Origin: Alphaproteobacteria bacterium
Lineage (GTDB): Bacteria > Pseudomonadota > Alphaproteobacteria > MPNO01
Assembly (NCBI GenBank): GCA_964291675.2
Contig: OZ219866.1
Location: 3,200,001-3,264,000 of the forward strand
Direction of reading: 5' to 3'
Length of the DNA: 64,000 bases
Shown: positions 1-10,031 of the stretch, piece by piece
Layout of the letters: each line of letters opens with the position of its first letter
How positions within the stretch are numbered: position 1 is the first letter of the stretch
Program-made: the position numbers and the translations under genes
Notes under the pieces: generated by a model
Database searches by the model: none
Told to the model about the DNA's origin: nothing
Seen by the model: only the letters and a program-made list of their open reading frames with translations

Positions 1-809
1 CCGAGCCCGGGCAGCATCCCGACATAGGCGCCGATCGCCGTCGAGCGCAGCACCAGCCACCGGTTGCGCCAGGCGTCGCGGATGCCGGTCATCATCCCGC
101 CCGCCATGCGGTCCTCCGGCACGCGCGAGATCGAGCTGTTGCGGATCGCGAGGTCGATCACCTCCGGCAGGGCGAACAGCCCGAGCACGACCGGGATCAG
201 CGGCAGCCCCTCCAGCAGATAGGTCGTGCCCAGCCAGTAGCGCGGCACCGCGCCGTTCTCGGCATAGCCGACATAGGAAAGGCCCAGCCCGCAGAGGGCG
301 GCGAGCAGGCCGCGCAGGATCGAATCGCCCGACAGCGAGCCCACCATGGCGAGGCCGAGCAGGCCCAGCATGAAGAACTCGGCCTGGGTGAAGGAGAGGA
401 TCAGCGGCTTGACGATGGGGATCGACAGCCCCAGCACCACCGCGCCCAGCAGACCGCCGACGGCGGACACGGTGAACGCCGCGCCGAAGGCGCGCGAGGC
501 CTCGCCCTTCATCGCCATCGGGTAGCCGTCCAGGATGGTCGCCTGCGAGGCGGCGGTCCCGGGAATGCCCAGCAGCACCGAGGCGATGGTGTCGCTGGTG
601 GTGGTGACCGCGAACATGCCGAGCAGGAAGGCGAGCGCCGGCACCGGCTCCATCGAGAAGGTGAAGGGCAGCAGGATCGCCATCCCCACCAGCCCCGACA
701 GGCCGGGGACCGCGCCGAAATAGAGCCCGATGAAGACGCCGAGGAAGAGGTACCCGATGGCCGGCCAGGCGACCACCGATACCAGCCCGCTCAGCGCCGC
801 ATCGAACAT
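1..809 (-). CDS. TctA-family tripartite tricarboxylate transporter permease (runs off window start)
   Basis: Manual minus-strand translation from ATG at 809: MFDAALSGLVSVVAWPAIGYLFLGVFIGLYFGAVPGLSGLVGMAILLPFTF...GIPGTAASQATILDGYPMA, which are typical TctA motifs. Lies downstream of a TctC-like gene. Confidence 0.88.
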   Translation of the reverse strand, partial: MFDAALSGLVSVVAWPAIGYLFLGVFIGLYFGAVPGLSGLVGMAILLPFTFSMEPVPALAFLLGMFAVTTTSDTIASVLLGIPGTAASQATILDGYPMAMKGEASRAFGAAFTVSAVGGLLGAVVLGLSIPIVKPLILSFTQAEFFMLGLLGLAMVGSLSGDSILRGLLAALCGLGLSYVGYAENGAVPRYWLGTTYLLEGLPLIPVVLGLFALPEVIDLAIRNSSISRVPEDRMAGGMMTGIRDAWRNRWLVLRSTAIGAYVGMLPGL

Positions 810-881
810 CGGGATGTCCGGACAGGACACCCGGACGGCATCGCTCCGCCCGGGTGCGTCAGTGCCTCGGGAACGCTTCGG

Positions 882-1946
882 CTACTTGCGGCCGATGAGG
901 TCCTTGAAGAAGGCGACGATCTCGGGCGAGACCTTGCCCGCCGCGTCCACATGCGCCTGCGCCGCTTCCGCGAGGATGATGTTCGGCGGCGCCTTGATCA
1001 CCTTGGTGTAGTCGGCGGCGAAGTCCTTGTCCGTGGCCACGGCGGCCCAGGCCGCGCGCAACGCCTTGACCGCCTCGTCGGGCGTACCCGCCGGGACGAA
1101 GGAGCCGCGCAGCATGCTCACCGACAGGTTGTTGATGAGCTGGAAGGCATCGTACTGCACGCCCGAGGGCGTCTTGCCCTTGAGCTTCCGATAGACGTCG
1201 AGATAGGTCGGGATGCCCTTGAGATGCGGGTTGCGCACCTCCTTGCCGTCCGCGCCGACCGCCGAGTAGTACCACAGCGCGATGGCGTGGCCGGGCTGGA
1301 TCAGGTTGGGCTCGACGTTCTTGCGGAAGCCGGGCACCGAGCCGCAGGAGAACTGGGTCTCGTTCTGCATCACGCCCGCGACCACCTTGGCGAGACCCTT
1401 GTAGCCGGTGACGTATTTGTAATCCGCGCCCAGCAGGTCGAGCGCCATGCGGAAGCGGAGATCGTGCGACGACGTGACCCGCATGCCGGCGGCCTTGAAC
1501 CCCTTGATCTTCAGCAGGTCGTCGACCTTGCTCACGCCCGCGTCCTTGCGGATGTAGCACACCTGCGGGTGGCCGATGCCGGCGAGCCAGACGAACTTGG
1601 AGAAGTCGACGCGCAGCCCGGGGTCCTGGAGCACCTGCGAGATCAGCGGCGGGGTGAAAATCGCGAGCGACAGCCCGTCCGGCCTGGCGACCTGGCCCAT
1701 GTAGTTGGACCCGGTGATGCCGCCCGCGCCGGGGACGTTCTTCACGATGATATCGGGGTTGCCCGGGATGTGCTTGCTCAGATGCTTGGCGACCAGCCGG
1801 CCCTCGATGTCGGTCGGCCCGCCCGCCGAGTAGTTGATCAGGATGGTGATGCGCTTGCCCTTGTAGAACTGCGCCTCCGCCGCGCCGGCAAGGCCGATCA
1901 CGGCGGCAACCGCGCCCGCCAGAGCTACGCTCAGCAGTCGTTTCAT
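882..1946 (-). CDS. Bug/TctC-family tripartite tricarboxylate transporter substrate-binding protein
   Basis: Signal peptide, then FYKGKRITILINYSAGGPTD and KNVPGAGG...PDG motifs. Confidence 0.88.
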   Translation of the reverse strand: MKRLLSVALAGAVAAVIGLAGAAEAQFYKGKRITILINYSAGGPTDIEGRLVAKHLSKHIPGNPDIIVKNVPGAGGITGSNYMGQVARPDGLSLAIFTPPLISQVLQDPGLRVDFSKFVWLAGIGHPQVCYIRKDAGVSKVDDLLKIKGFKAAGMRVTSSHDLRFRMALDLLGADYKYVTGYKGLAKVVAGVMQNETQFSCGSVPGFRKNVEPNLIQPGHAIALWYYSAVGADGKEVRNPHLKGIPTYLDVYRKLKGKTPSGVQYDAFQLINNLSVSMLRGSFVPAGTPDEAVKALRAAWAAVATDKDFAADYTKVIKAPPNIILAEAAQAHVDAAGKVSPEIVAFFKDLIGRK

Positions 1947-1968
1947 CGTCGTCTCTCCCCTTGATGTA

Positions 1969-2817
1969 TCAGTCCCGCTGGTCGGACAGCATCGTCCCCA
2001 GCTTGAACGGCTCGAAGGTCGGCTTGTAGCTCTTCTCGTCGAGGAACTGGCGCAGCCCGGTGTTGTAAGAGTCCTCGGCGTCGCCGACCTTGATCGACTG
2101 GCCCTTGGCGGCGAGGTAGTCGTAGGCCTGGTCGAAATCCATCGTGCGCACCTGGCGCACCGCCTGTTTGGTCGCGCGCAGCACCGCCGGGCTCTTCTTC
2201 ATCAGCTTCCCGGCGAGCTTGACGGTCTCCGCCTCCAGCTCGTCGTCCGGCACGGCGTAGTTGACCATGCCGATGCGCGCCGCCTCGTCGCCGTCGAACG
2301 GATCGCCGAGGCAGGCATAGTAGAGCGCGTGGCGGGGCAGCACCGCGTCGGAGATCGCCTTGGCGACCAGCGCGCCCGGCAGGATTCCCCAGTTGACCTC
2401 GGACAGCGAGAAGGTCGCGCTCCTGGCGGCGATCGCGAAATCGGCCGCCAGCAGCTGCATGAACGCGCCGCCCACGCAATAGCCGTGGATCATCGCGATG
2501 GTCGGCTTGTCGTAGTTGTAGAGCCGCTGCCAGCGCCAGCTATTGGCGTGGCGCTGCGCCTTCTTGCGCTCGAAGGGGTCGTTCTCCAGCTCGCGGAAGA
2601 ATTTCTTCAAGTCCTGGCCGGCGCTGAAATTGCCGCCCGCGCCGGTCACCACGATCACCCGCGCATCCGCGTCGGTCTCCAGCCGGCCGAGCGCGTCGTC
2701 CATGTCGTAGTGGAGCTGCGGGCTCATCGCGTTGCGCTTCTCGGGACGGTTCATGATCGCCCAGGCGATGCCGTCCCGCAGCTCGACCTTGACGCATTCG
2801 TAGTTGTAATCGGCCAT
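1969..2817 (-). CDS. p-hydroxycinnamoyl/feruloyl-CoA hydratase-lyase (crotonase family)
   Basis: NRPEKRNAMSP, FSAGQDLKKFFRE, LSEVNWGILPG and C-terminal GLRQFLDEKSYKP, as in HCHL/CouA-type enzymes. Confidence 0.85.
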   Translation of the reverse strand: MADYNYECVKVELRDGIAWAIMNRPEKRNAMSPQLHYDMDDALGRLETDADARVIVVTGAGGNFSAGQDLKKFFRELENDPFERKKAQRHANSWRWQRLYNYDKPTIAMIHGYCVGGAFMQLLAADFAIAARSATFSLSEVNWGILPGALVAKAISDAVLPRHALYYACLGDPFDGDEAARIGMVNYAVPDDELEAETVKLAGKLMKKSPAVLRATKQAVRQVRTMDFDQAYDYLAAKGQSIKVGDAEDSYNTGLRQFLDEKSYKPTFEPFKLGTMLSDQRD

Positions 2818-2896
2818 GACCCCTCCTTAGGACGTTCCGTCGTCGCGACCCCAAAAGCTTATCGGAGCGTGGCGGGGAGGCAAACCAGGGTAGAGC

Positions 2897-4054
2897 TCAC
2901 CCGCCGTATTCCCGCAACACGCGCCGCGCCAGCGCCATCTTGAGGATCTCGGTCGGGCCCTCGGTGATCACGAAGCTCCGCTGGTCGCGCCACATGCGCT
3001 CGATCGGCAGGTCGGTGGTGAGCCCGATGCCGCCATGGATCTGGAGGCAGCGATCCGCCGCCTCGAAGGACCGGGTGTCGCCGAGATACTTGCACATATA
3101 GGCCTCGTAGCGGACGTCCTCGCCGCGATCGGCCTTCCAGGCGGCGTGGTGGACCATCAGCCTCAGCCGGTGCAGCTCGGCATAGGTGTCGACCAGCATC
3201 CACTGCACCGCCTGGCGCTCGGCGAGCTTCTCGCCGAAGGTGACGCGCTGCCCGGCGTAGGAGGCGCCGAGCTCGAGGCAGCGCTCCATCACCCCGATGC
3301 CGCGCGCGCCGTGGCGGATCCGTCCCGCGCTGATCCAGTTCTGCGCGAACCTGAAGCCGTCGCCCTCCTCGCCGATGCGGTTCTCGACGGGAACCCGCAC
3401 CTCCTCGAAGGCGATCTCCCACGGCCGGTCGTCCATCATCGTTTCCTGCGGGCGCAGCAGCGTCACCCCGGGCGTGTCCATGTCGACGAGGAACGCGGAG
3501 ATCCCGCCGCGCGAGCCCTTGGCGCGGTCGGTGGCGGCGAACACCTGGGCGAAATCCGCCTCGTCGGCGCCGGTGATGAAGCGCTTGGTGCCGTCGATCA
3601 CGTAGTAGTCGCCGTCGCGCACGGCAGTCGAGCGCATGGCGCCCGGATCGCCGCCCGCGTCGGGCTCGGTCTGGGCGAAGCAGGCCTTCTTCTCGCCGGC
3701 GACGACCGGCAGCAGATAGCGCTCCTTCTGCGCTGCGTCGAGGAAGTAGAGGATCGGGCTCACCGCCGGTCCGAAGATGCTGGCGTTGCGCGAGGGGAGC
3801 GCGATGGTGCGGCCGAGCTCGGCCCACACCACGGCGCGGGCCAAGAGCCCGAGCCCGAGCCCGCCATATTCCTCCGGCACGTCGTAGAGCCAGAGCCCGA
3901 GCGCCTTCGCCTTGTCCTCCAGCACGGCGCGCACGTCCGGCTTGAGCTTGCCGCCCTCGCAGGTCTCGCGCTCGATCGGGATCAGCTCGCGGTCGACGAA
4001 GCGCCGCACCGTCTGCTTCAGCATCGCGAGCTCTTCCGGCAGGTCGAAATTCAT
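2897..4054 (-). CDS. Acyl-CoA dehydrogenase
   Basis: PEEYGGLG, FAQTEPDAGGD, GTKRFIT, QIHGGIG and ITEGPTEI motifs. Confidence 0.93.
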   Translation of the reverse strand: MNFDLPEELAMLKQTVRRFVDRELIPIERETCEGGKLKPDVRAVLEDKAKALGLWLYDVPEEYGGLGLGLLARAVVWAELGRTIALPSRNASIFGPAVSPILYFLDAAQKERYLLPVVAGEKKACFAQTEPDAGGDPGAMRSTAVRDGDYYVIDGTKRFITGADEADFAQVFAATDRAKGSRGGISAFLVDMDTPGVTLLRPQETMMDDRPWEIAFEEVRVPVENRIGEEGDGFRFAQNWISAGRIRHGARGIGVMERCLELGASYAGQRVTFGEKLAERQAVQWMLVDTYAELHRLRLMVHHAAWKADRGEDVRYEAYMCKYLGDTRSFEAADRCLQIHGGIGLTTDLPIERMWRDQRSFVITEGPTEILKMALARRVLREYGG

Positions 4055-6153
4055 CGCCGCGCGGTCTCCCTGATATCGACCGCCCGCACGCCGTCGCCCT
4101 CGGCGAGCACCGTCAGCGGGTTGATCTCGAACTCGGCGAGGCGGTGGCGCATGCCGGGGAACAAATCCGCGGCGGCCAGCATCGCGGCGACCAGCGCGTC
4201 GACATCGCGCGGCGCCTGGCCGCGGAACCGGCCCAGCAGCGCGGCTGCGCGAAGCGAGCCCAGCATGCCGCGCGCCTCCGCCTCGTCGATCGGCAGCAGC
4301 CGGAAGGCGAGGTCGCGCAGCACCTCCACATGGATGCCGCCGAGCCCGGCTGCGATGACCGGGCCGAATTGCGGGTCGTCCCTGAGACCGACGAAGAATT
4401 CGAGCCCGTCGACCATCTCCTGCACCAGGAACCCGTCGAGCCGCGCGCCCGGACGGGCGTCCTCCAGCCGCGCGGCCATCCGCGCCGCCGCGCGCGCGAC
4501 GGCATCCGCGTCGCCGAGCCCGAGCGCGACGGCGCCGACCTCCGTCTTGTGGACCGCCTGCGGCGAGACGATCTTGAGCGCCACCGGATAGCCGATCTCG
4601 TCGGCGAGCGCTGCCGCCTCGGCGGCGGTCGCGGCGCGCCCGCCTCGCGGACCCGGCACCCCGGCGGCGGCGAGCAAATCGGCAACCGGTTCCGGCGAGG
4701 GTACGATCTCAGGCCGGGCGGGGAGGCCGCGCCGCCGGCGTTCGGCATAGCGCCCGAGCGCCTTCAGTGCGCGCACGGTCTCCGGCAGGCCGTGCAGGAA
4801 GGGAACCCCCGCCGCCGCCTGGAATTCGCGCCCCGGCCCGGTCACGTTCTGGCCCATCCGCCCATGCGCCACCACCGAGGCCGCGCCTTGTGCCGCCGCC
4901 GCGAACACGCCGGGGTCGCCGCGCTCGCCGTCCTCCGCCGGGAGCTGGCCCTGCATCGACAGGATGTCGACCCCGGGGTCGTCGGCGATCGCCCGGCAGA
5001 TCTTGCGGAAATCGTCCTGCCGGCCGGCCAGCCCGGCGCCGCCGTCGAGCGGGTTGCCGGGGCGGAGCCCGCGGTCGAGCAGCGGCGCGATGGCCGCCGC
5101 GGTCTCCGCGCCGAGCTCCGCCACCGGCAACCCGGCCTCGCTCGCATAGTCGAGGAACAGCCCGGTCGCCCCGCCCGAATACCCGGCGAAGGCGACCCTC
5201 GGCCCCTTGGGCAGGCGCACGGTGCAGAACATCAGCGCGGTCTCGATCAGATCGTCGAGCCCGTGACAGCGCGAGATGCCGTAGCGGTCGCAGACCGCGT
5301 CAAAAATGTCGTCGTCGCCCGCCACCGCCCCGGTATGGCTCTCGGTCGCCGCCCGCCCGCGCTCGCTCGCCCCGGTCTTGACGGCGACGATGGGCTTCCC
5401 CGCCGCGAGCGCCTTTTCGGCCGCCGCCATGAACGCTTCGGGGCGGCGGATGCCCTCCAGCATGCAGGCGATCACCCGCGTGCCGGGATCGTCGACCAGG
5501 AAGGCGATGTAGTCGGCCGCGTCGAGGTCGAGCTCGTTGCCGCTGGAGACCGCGTAGCTGAAGCCGAGCCCGCGCACCGCCCCCTGGCCGAGCCAGTACT
5601 GGAAGGTGCCGCCCGACTGGAAGACCACGCCGACCCCGCCCTTGGGCAGCGCGCGCACCCGTTCCGCCGGGTAGAACAGGTTGGACTCGGGCAATCCCAG
5701 CGCGCCCATGCAGTTGGGACCGCAGACCCGGAGCCCGCGTTCGCAGAGCGCGGCCAGCGCCCGCGAACGCTCTCCCCCGGCCTCGTCCCCGCCCTCGCCG
5801 AACCGGGCGGCGAAGACCAGCGCCGTCTTCAGCCCGTGGTCGAGCCCCTCGGCCAGCGCGTCGGCGACGCGTTCCGCCGGGATCAGGGTGAGCGCGAGGT
5901 CGACCGGCTCCGGCAGGCTCGCGAAGGACGGGTGCACCTCGCGGCCCCACAGAAGGTCGCGCCGCGGGTTGATCAGATAGACCGGAACCGGGAAGCCGGC
6001 ATGCTCCAGATTGGCGTAGATCGCCCGCGGCCAGCCCCCCGCGCCGCTGTCCGAGGCACCGACGATGGCGATGGAGCGCGGCCTGAAGAGCTGCTCGACC
6101 GATCTGAACACGTCGACTCCGCCGGGACCGCGACCGGAGGCCAGTATCGGCAC
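4051..6153 (-). CDS. Acyl-CoA synthetase (ADP-forming), CoA-binding plus ATP-grasp domains
   Basis: LFRPRSIAIVGAS, GPNCMG, SHTGAVAG phospho-His motif, GYPVALK, HKTEVGAV, EINPL. The true start may be the GTG near 6111. Confidence 0.9.
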   Translation of the reverse strand: MPILASGRGPGGVDVFRSVEQLFRPRSIAIVGASDSGAGGWPRAIYANLEHAGFPVPVYLINPRRDLLWGREVHPSFASLPEPVDLALTLIPAERVADALAEGLDHGLKTALVFAARFGEGGDEAGGERSRALAALCERGLRVCGPNCMGALGLPESNLFYPAERVRALPKGGVGVVFQSGGTFQYWLGQGAVRGLGFSYAVSSGNELDLDAADYIAFLVDDPGTRVIACMLEGIRRPEAFMAAAEKALAAGKPIVAVKTGASERGRAATESHTGAVAGDDDIFDAVCDRYGISRCHGLDDLIETALMFCTVRLPKGPRVAFAGYSGGATGLFLDYASEAGLPVAELGAETAAAIAPLLDRGLRPGNPLDGGAGLAGRQDDFRKICRAIADDPGVDILSMQGQLPAEDGERGDPGVFAAAAQGAASVVAHGRMGQNVTGPGREFQAAAGVPFLHGLPETVRALKALGRYAERRRRGLPARPEIVPSPEPVADLLAAAGVPGPRGGRAATAAEAAALADEIGYPVALKIVSPQAVHKTEVGAVALGLGDADAVARAAARMAARLEDARPGARLDGFLVQEMVDGLEFFVGLRDDPQFGPVIAAGLGGIHVEVLRDLAFRLLPIDEAEARGMLGSLRAAALLGRFRGQAPRDVDALVAAMLAAADLFPGMRHRLAEFEINPLTVLAEGDGVRAVDIRETARR

Positions 6154-6251
6154 CGCCCTTCGGGCGTCAACCGGCGGCGGGCGTTCCTGGCTCGACGCCC
6201 GAGGGTCTTGAGCGTATCCGGTTCGGGTGGAACCGCCGACGCGGCCGGGAC

Positions 6252-6361
6252 CGTCCTTCGATACGCCCCCTTCGGGGGCTACTCAGGATGAGGAGGCGGT
6301 TGGTAGGCCGCAACCAAATTCCCTCATCCCGAGTAGGCGCGAAGCGCCGTATCGAGGGACG
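6252..6361. repeat. REP-like palindromic intergenic element, copy 1
   Basis: CGTCCTTCGATACG...CGTATCGAGGGACG inverted ends. Related copies at 11224 and 14304. Confidence 0.75.
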
Positions 6362-6483
6362 CGGCGCCGCATCGGTTCTACCTGAAACGGACACGCTCTA
6401 GACTGACGGGCGGAGGCCCGGATGAAGGTAGCACCGAGCGCTGGCGGCGCTGCAAGCTGACCAGTTGACGCGGCTGCGGGCCG

Positions 6484-8133
6484 ATGGAGCGGGACATGGA
6501 CGGGATCGAGGCGGTGGATCTGCTCTGCGTGGGCTCGGGGCTGGCCGGGCTCGCGGCGGCGCTCGCCGGCGCGGGGGGCGGGCTAAGAGTTTGCGTCGTC
6601 GAGAAATCGGCCCGCATCGGCGGCGGCAGCGCCATGTCGTCCGGCGGGGTGTGGATCGGGGCGAACCATCACCAGGCGGCGCACGGCCTGTCCGACAGCA
6701 AGGAGGAGACGCGCGCCTATCTCGAATTCATCGCCGGCGGGGCGTCGGTTCCCGAGAACCTCGCGGCGCTCGCCGACAGGTCCGACGAAGCCCTGGGGGC
6801 GTTCGAGGAGCTGGGCGTGTCGCTCCTGCTGCGCCCCCGCGTGCCGGACCAGTTCTACCCCCAGGCGCCGGGCTCGACTTCCGCCGGCCGGTCCTTGAAC
6901 GCCGCGCCGATCGCCCGCGCCGAGCTCGGCGCGTGGTCCGACCTGCTCCAGGACAACCCCTATTTTCCGCCCGGCATGTCGAGCACCGACATGGTCGCCT
7001 GGGGCGGGCTCGGCAGCATGAAGGACTGGGACCCCGACCTCCTGCGCGAGCGGGCCGAGAGCGGCCGGCTCGGCACCGGTCAGGCCATCGTGGGCCAGTT
7101 CCTGGCCGGGCTGAGACGCGCGGGCGTGCCCATCCTGACGGAGTTCGAGGCCGGCTCGCTGATCCTCGACGACGGAAGGGTGGCGGGAGTTCGCGGCCGG
7201 CACGCCGGCCGCCCGGCGGAGATCGCGGCGAGACGCGGCGTCGTGCTGGCGACCGGCGGCTATGAGAGCAACCCGGATCTGGTGGCGCGGTTCGAAGGCG
7301 TGCCCGGCTGGCGCTCCATGTTCCCGGCCTCGATCACCGGCGACGGGATGACCATGGCGAGCGAGATCGGCGCCGCCATCCACCGGGTGCCCGAGAATTT
7401 CTTCTTCTTTCTCGGCTACGACATCCCGGCCGAGCGGCAGGGCGAGCCGGCGCGGTTCCGCATGACCGGCTTCACCGAGCTCAGCTATCCGCATTGCATG
7501 GTGGTCAACCGGGCGGGGCGCCGGTTCTTCGACGAATCGAGCTTCCAGAAGGGGGTGAGGGCGATCAAGGCGTACGACCAGGCGAAGCGCGAGTTCGCCA
7601 ACCTGCCCTGCTTCATGATCTTCGACAGCCGGTTCCAGCAACGCTACTCCTTCGCCGGACGGCCGCCGGGCGCGCCGGCGCCGGAGTGGCTGGCGCGCGC
7701 CGATACGCTCGCCGGACTCGCCGCCGGGCTCGGCATCGACGCATCGGCGCTCGACGAGACCGCCGCCCGCTTCAACCGCGGCGCCGCCGAGGGCCGCGAT
7801 CCCGAGTTCGGCCGCGGCGAGTTCCTGTGGATCCAGGTGCTGTCGGGCGACAGCGCGCATCCGATCCACCCCAACCTGGCGCCGGTCTCCGAGCCGCCGT
7901 TCTACGGCGTCCGCCTGCATCCCAGCGGGTCGAGCTCCGCCGGCCTGCTGACCGACGCCGACGCAAGGGTGCTGCATGTGCGCGGCCACCCCATCGCCGG
8001 GCTCTATGCCTGCGGCGGCGCCGCGGCGCAGACCGATTTCGGGGTCGGCTACCAGGGCGGGCTGCTGCTGGTGCGCGGCATGACCTTCGGCTATCTCGCC
8101 GCGCGCCACGCCGCCTCGGCCGGCGGCGATTGA
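6484..8133 (+). CDS. FAD-dependent oxidoreductase (FAD_binding_2; 3-ketosteroid dehydrogenase/fumarate reductase-like)
   Basis: VGSGLAG Rossmann motif, GGGSAMSSGGVW, VVLATGGY, GDG and IAGLYACG. Confidence 0.85.
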   Translation: MERDMDGIEAVDLLCVGSGLAGLAAALAGAGGGLRVCVVEKSARIGGGSAMSSGGVWIGANHHQAAHGLSDSKEETRAYLEFIAGGASVPENLAALADRSDEALGAFEELGVSLLLRPRVPDQFYPQAPGSTSAGRSLNAAPIARAELGAWSDLLQDNPYFPPGMSSTDMVAWGGLGSMKDWDPDLLRERAESGRLGTGQAIVGQFLAGLRRAGVPILTEFEAGSLILDDGRVAGVRGRHAGRPAEIAARRGVVLATGGYESNPDLVARFEGVPGWRSMFPASITGDGMTMASEIGAAIHRVPENFFFFLGYDIPAERQGEPARFRMTGFTELSYPHCMVVNRAGRRFFDESSFQKGVRAIKAYDQAKREFANLPCFMIFDSRFQQRYSFAGRPPGAPAPEWLARADTLAGLAAGLGIDASALDETAARFNRGAAEGRDPEFGRGEFLWIQVLSGDSAHPIHPNLAPVSEPPFYGVRLHPSGSSSAGLLTDADARVLHVRGHPIAGLYACGGAAAQTDFGVGYQGGLLLVRGMTFGYLAARHAASAGGD

Positions 8134-8185
8134 CGCGCGTTCCGGGCGGGGCCGATAATCGGGAGACGGGAGGGCGATTGCCGGG

Positions 8186-8698
8186 ATGAACGACACCGCC
8201 GGGCCTGACTTCCCCACTTGGCTGCGCATCCCCTCGGATTCGCTCGCCGCGGTTGCCGGCGTGCTCATCCTGGTGATGATGGTGCATGTGACCGCCGACG
8301 TGTTCGGCCGTCTCGCCTTCAGCGCGCCGATCGACGGCACGCTGGAGATCGTCGCCGGCTACTACATGGTGGCGGTGGTGTTCCTGCCGCTCGCCCATAT
8401 CAGCCGCGGCGAGGGGCATATCTTCATCGAGCTCTTCACCCGCGGGCTGCCGCAGCGCGTGCGGTCCTGCCTCGACGCGGCGGCGGCCACGCTCACCCTG
8501 TTCTATGTCGCGCTGATGGCCTGGCAGACCGCCATCGAGGCGCTGATCCAGACCGAGGGCGGCGAGCTGTGGGAGACCGCCGACGACCTGATCGTCATCT
8601 GGCCGAGCCGCTGGCTGATCCCCATCGGCTGCGCGCTGATGGCGGTGCTGTTCGCCTGCCTGGTGCTGCGCCACGCCCGCGCGGGCAGCGCGCGGTGA
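8186..8698 (+). CDS. dctQ: TRAP transporter small permease (DctQ)
   Basis: Four hydrophobic helices; ADVFGR...PIDGTLEI and HIFIELF motifs. Confidence 0.88.
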   Translation: MNDTAGPDFPTWLRIPSDSLAAVAGVLILVMMVHVTADVFGRLAFSAPIDGTLEIVAGYYMVAVVFLPLAHISRGEGHIFIELFTRGLPQRVRSCLDAAAATLTLFYVALMAWQTAIEALIQTEGGELWETADDLIVIWPSRWLIPIGCALMAVLFACLVLRHARAGSAR

Positions 8699-10002
8699 CC
8701 CCCCTCGACATCGGCTTCATCGGGATCGGCGCGGTGATCGTGCTGATCGCGCTCCGCGTGCCGATCGGGGCTGCGCTCGGCCTCGTCGCCTTCTTCGGGA
8801 TCGTCAGCCTGCGCAATGTCGACGTCGCCTTCTCGGCGCTGAGGACGACGCCGTTCGAGTTCGCCGCCCACTGGTCGCTCTCGGCCATCCCGATGTTCCT
8901 GCTGATGGGGGCGGTCGCCTATTACTCGGGGATCAGCTCGGCGCTGTTCAACGCGGCGAGGCTGTGGCTGGGCGCGCTGCCGGGCGGGCTCGCCGTGGCG
9001 GCGACCTTCGCCTGCGCCGGCTTCGCCGCGGCGTCGGGCGCATCCATCGCCACCGCGGCGGCGATGGGCCGCATCACCATCCCGGAGATGCTCGCCATCA
9101 ACTACGACAAGGGGCTGGCGGCCGGGGTGGTGGCGAGCGCGGGCACGCTGGGGACGCTGATCCCGCCCTCGATCCTGATGGTGCTCTACGGCATCTTCGC
9201 CGAGGTCTCGGTGAGCAAGCTGTTCATCGCGGGCATTCTGCCGGGCATCCTGACGGCGTTCGTCTACAGCGCGATGATCGTGGTGCGCTGCCGGCTCAAC
9301 CCGGCGCTCGCGCCCAATATCGACTTCGAGGCCACCTGGGGCGAGCGCTTCGCCGCGCTCAAGGAGATCTGGCCGCTGGCCGCCCTGGTGGCCGGCATCA
9401 TCGGCGGGCTCTATGCCGGCGTGTTCACCGCGACCGAGGCCGGCGCCGCCGGCGCCTCGCTCGCCATCGTCATCGTATGGCTGCAGGGCAAGCTCACCCT
9501 GGAGCGGCTGAAGCTGAGCGTGCTGGAGGCGCTGAGCAGCACCGCGCGCATCTTCTTCGTCGCGGTCGGGGCGGTGCTGCTGACCCGCTTCCTGGCGCTC
9601 ACCGGGGTGCCCGGGTATCTCGCCGAGGTGGTCGGCGGCTGGGCCGGCGATCCGCTGCTGCTGGTGATCGCCGCCTCGCTGATCTACATCGTGCTCGGCA
9701 TGTTCCTCGACCCGCTCGGCGTGATGCTGCTCACGCTGCCGCTCTTCCTGCCGATGTTCACCGCGCTCGACCTGGACCTGATCTGGTTCGGCATCCTGGT
9801 CATCAAGTATCTCGAAATCGGGATGATCACCCCGCCGGTGGGCATGAACGTCTATGTCATCAAGAGCGTGGTCGGCGACAGGATCGAGCTCGAAACGATC
9901 TTCAAGGGCGTCGCGTGGTTCCTGGTCTGCGACATCGTGGTCATCGCGCTGATCGTCGCCTACCCCGACATTGCGCTGCTCCTGCCCGGCATGATGAGAT
10001 GA
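8695..10002 (+). CDS. dctM: TRAP transporter large permease (DctM)
   Basis: GTG start overlaps the dctQ stop. Motifs AIPMFLLMG, GTLGTLIPPS, TATEAG and ITPPVGMNVY. Confidence 0.92.
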   Translation: MTPLDIGFIGIGAVIVLIALRVPIGAALGLVAFFGIVSLRNVDVAFSALRTTPFEFAAHWSLSAIPMFLLMGAVAYYSGISSALFNAARLWLGALPGGLAVAATFACAGFAAASGASIATAAAMGRITIPEMLAINYDKGLAAGVVASAGTLGTLIPPSILMVLYGIFAEVSVSKLFIAGILPGILTAFVYSAMIVVRCRLNPALAPNIDFEATWGERFAALKEIWPLAALVAGIIGGLYAGVFTATEAGAAGASLAIVIVWLQGKLTLERLKLSVLEALSSTARIFFVAVGAVLLTRFLALTGVPGYLAEVVGGWAGDPLLLVIAASLIYIVLGMFLDPLGVMLLTLPLFLPMFTALDLDLIWFGILVIKYLEIGMITPPVGMNVYVIKSVVGDRIELETIFKGVAWFLVCDIVVIALIVAYPDIALLLPGMMR

Positions 10003-10031
10003 CCGCAACCGAAAAACGGGAGGAAGGGAAC

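Noticed and set aside
3035-6291. Long + strand ORFs (518 and 715 aa) and similar shadow ORFs across the window
   Set aside because: They are antisense or alternative frames of well-supported genes in high-GC DNA, with Arg/Pro/Ala-rich translations and no motifs.
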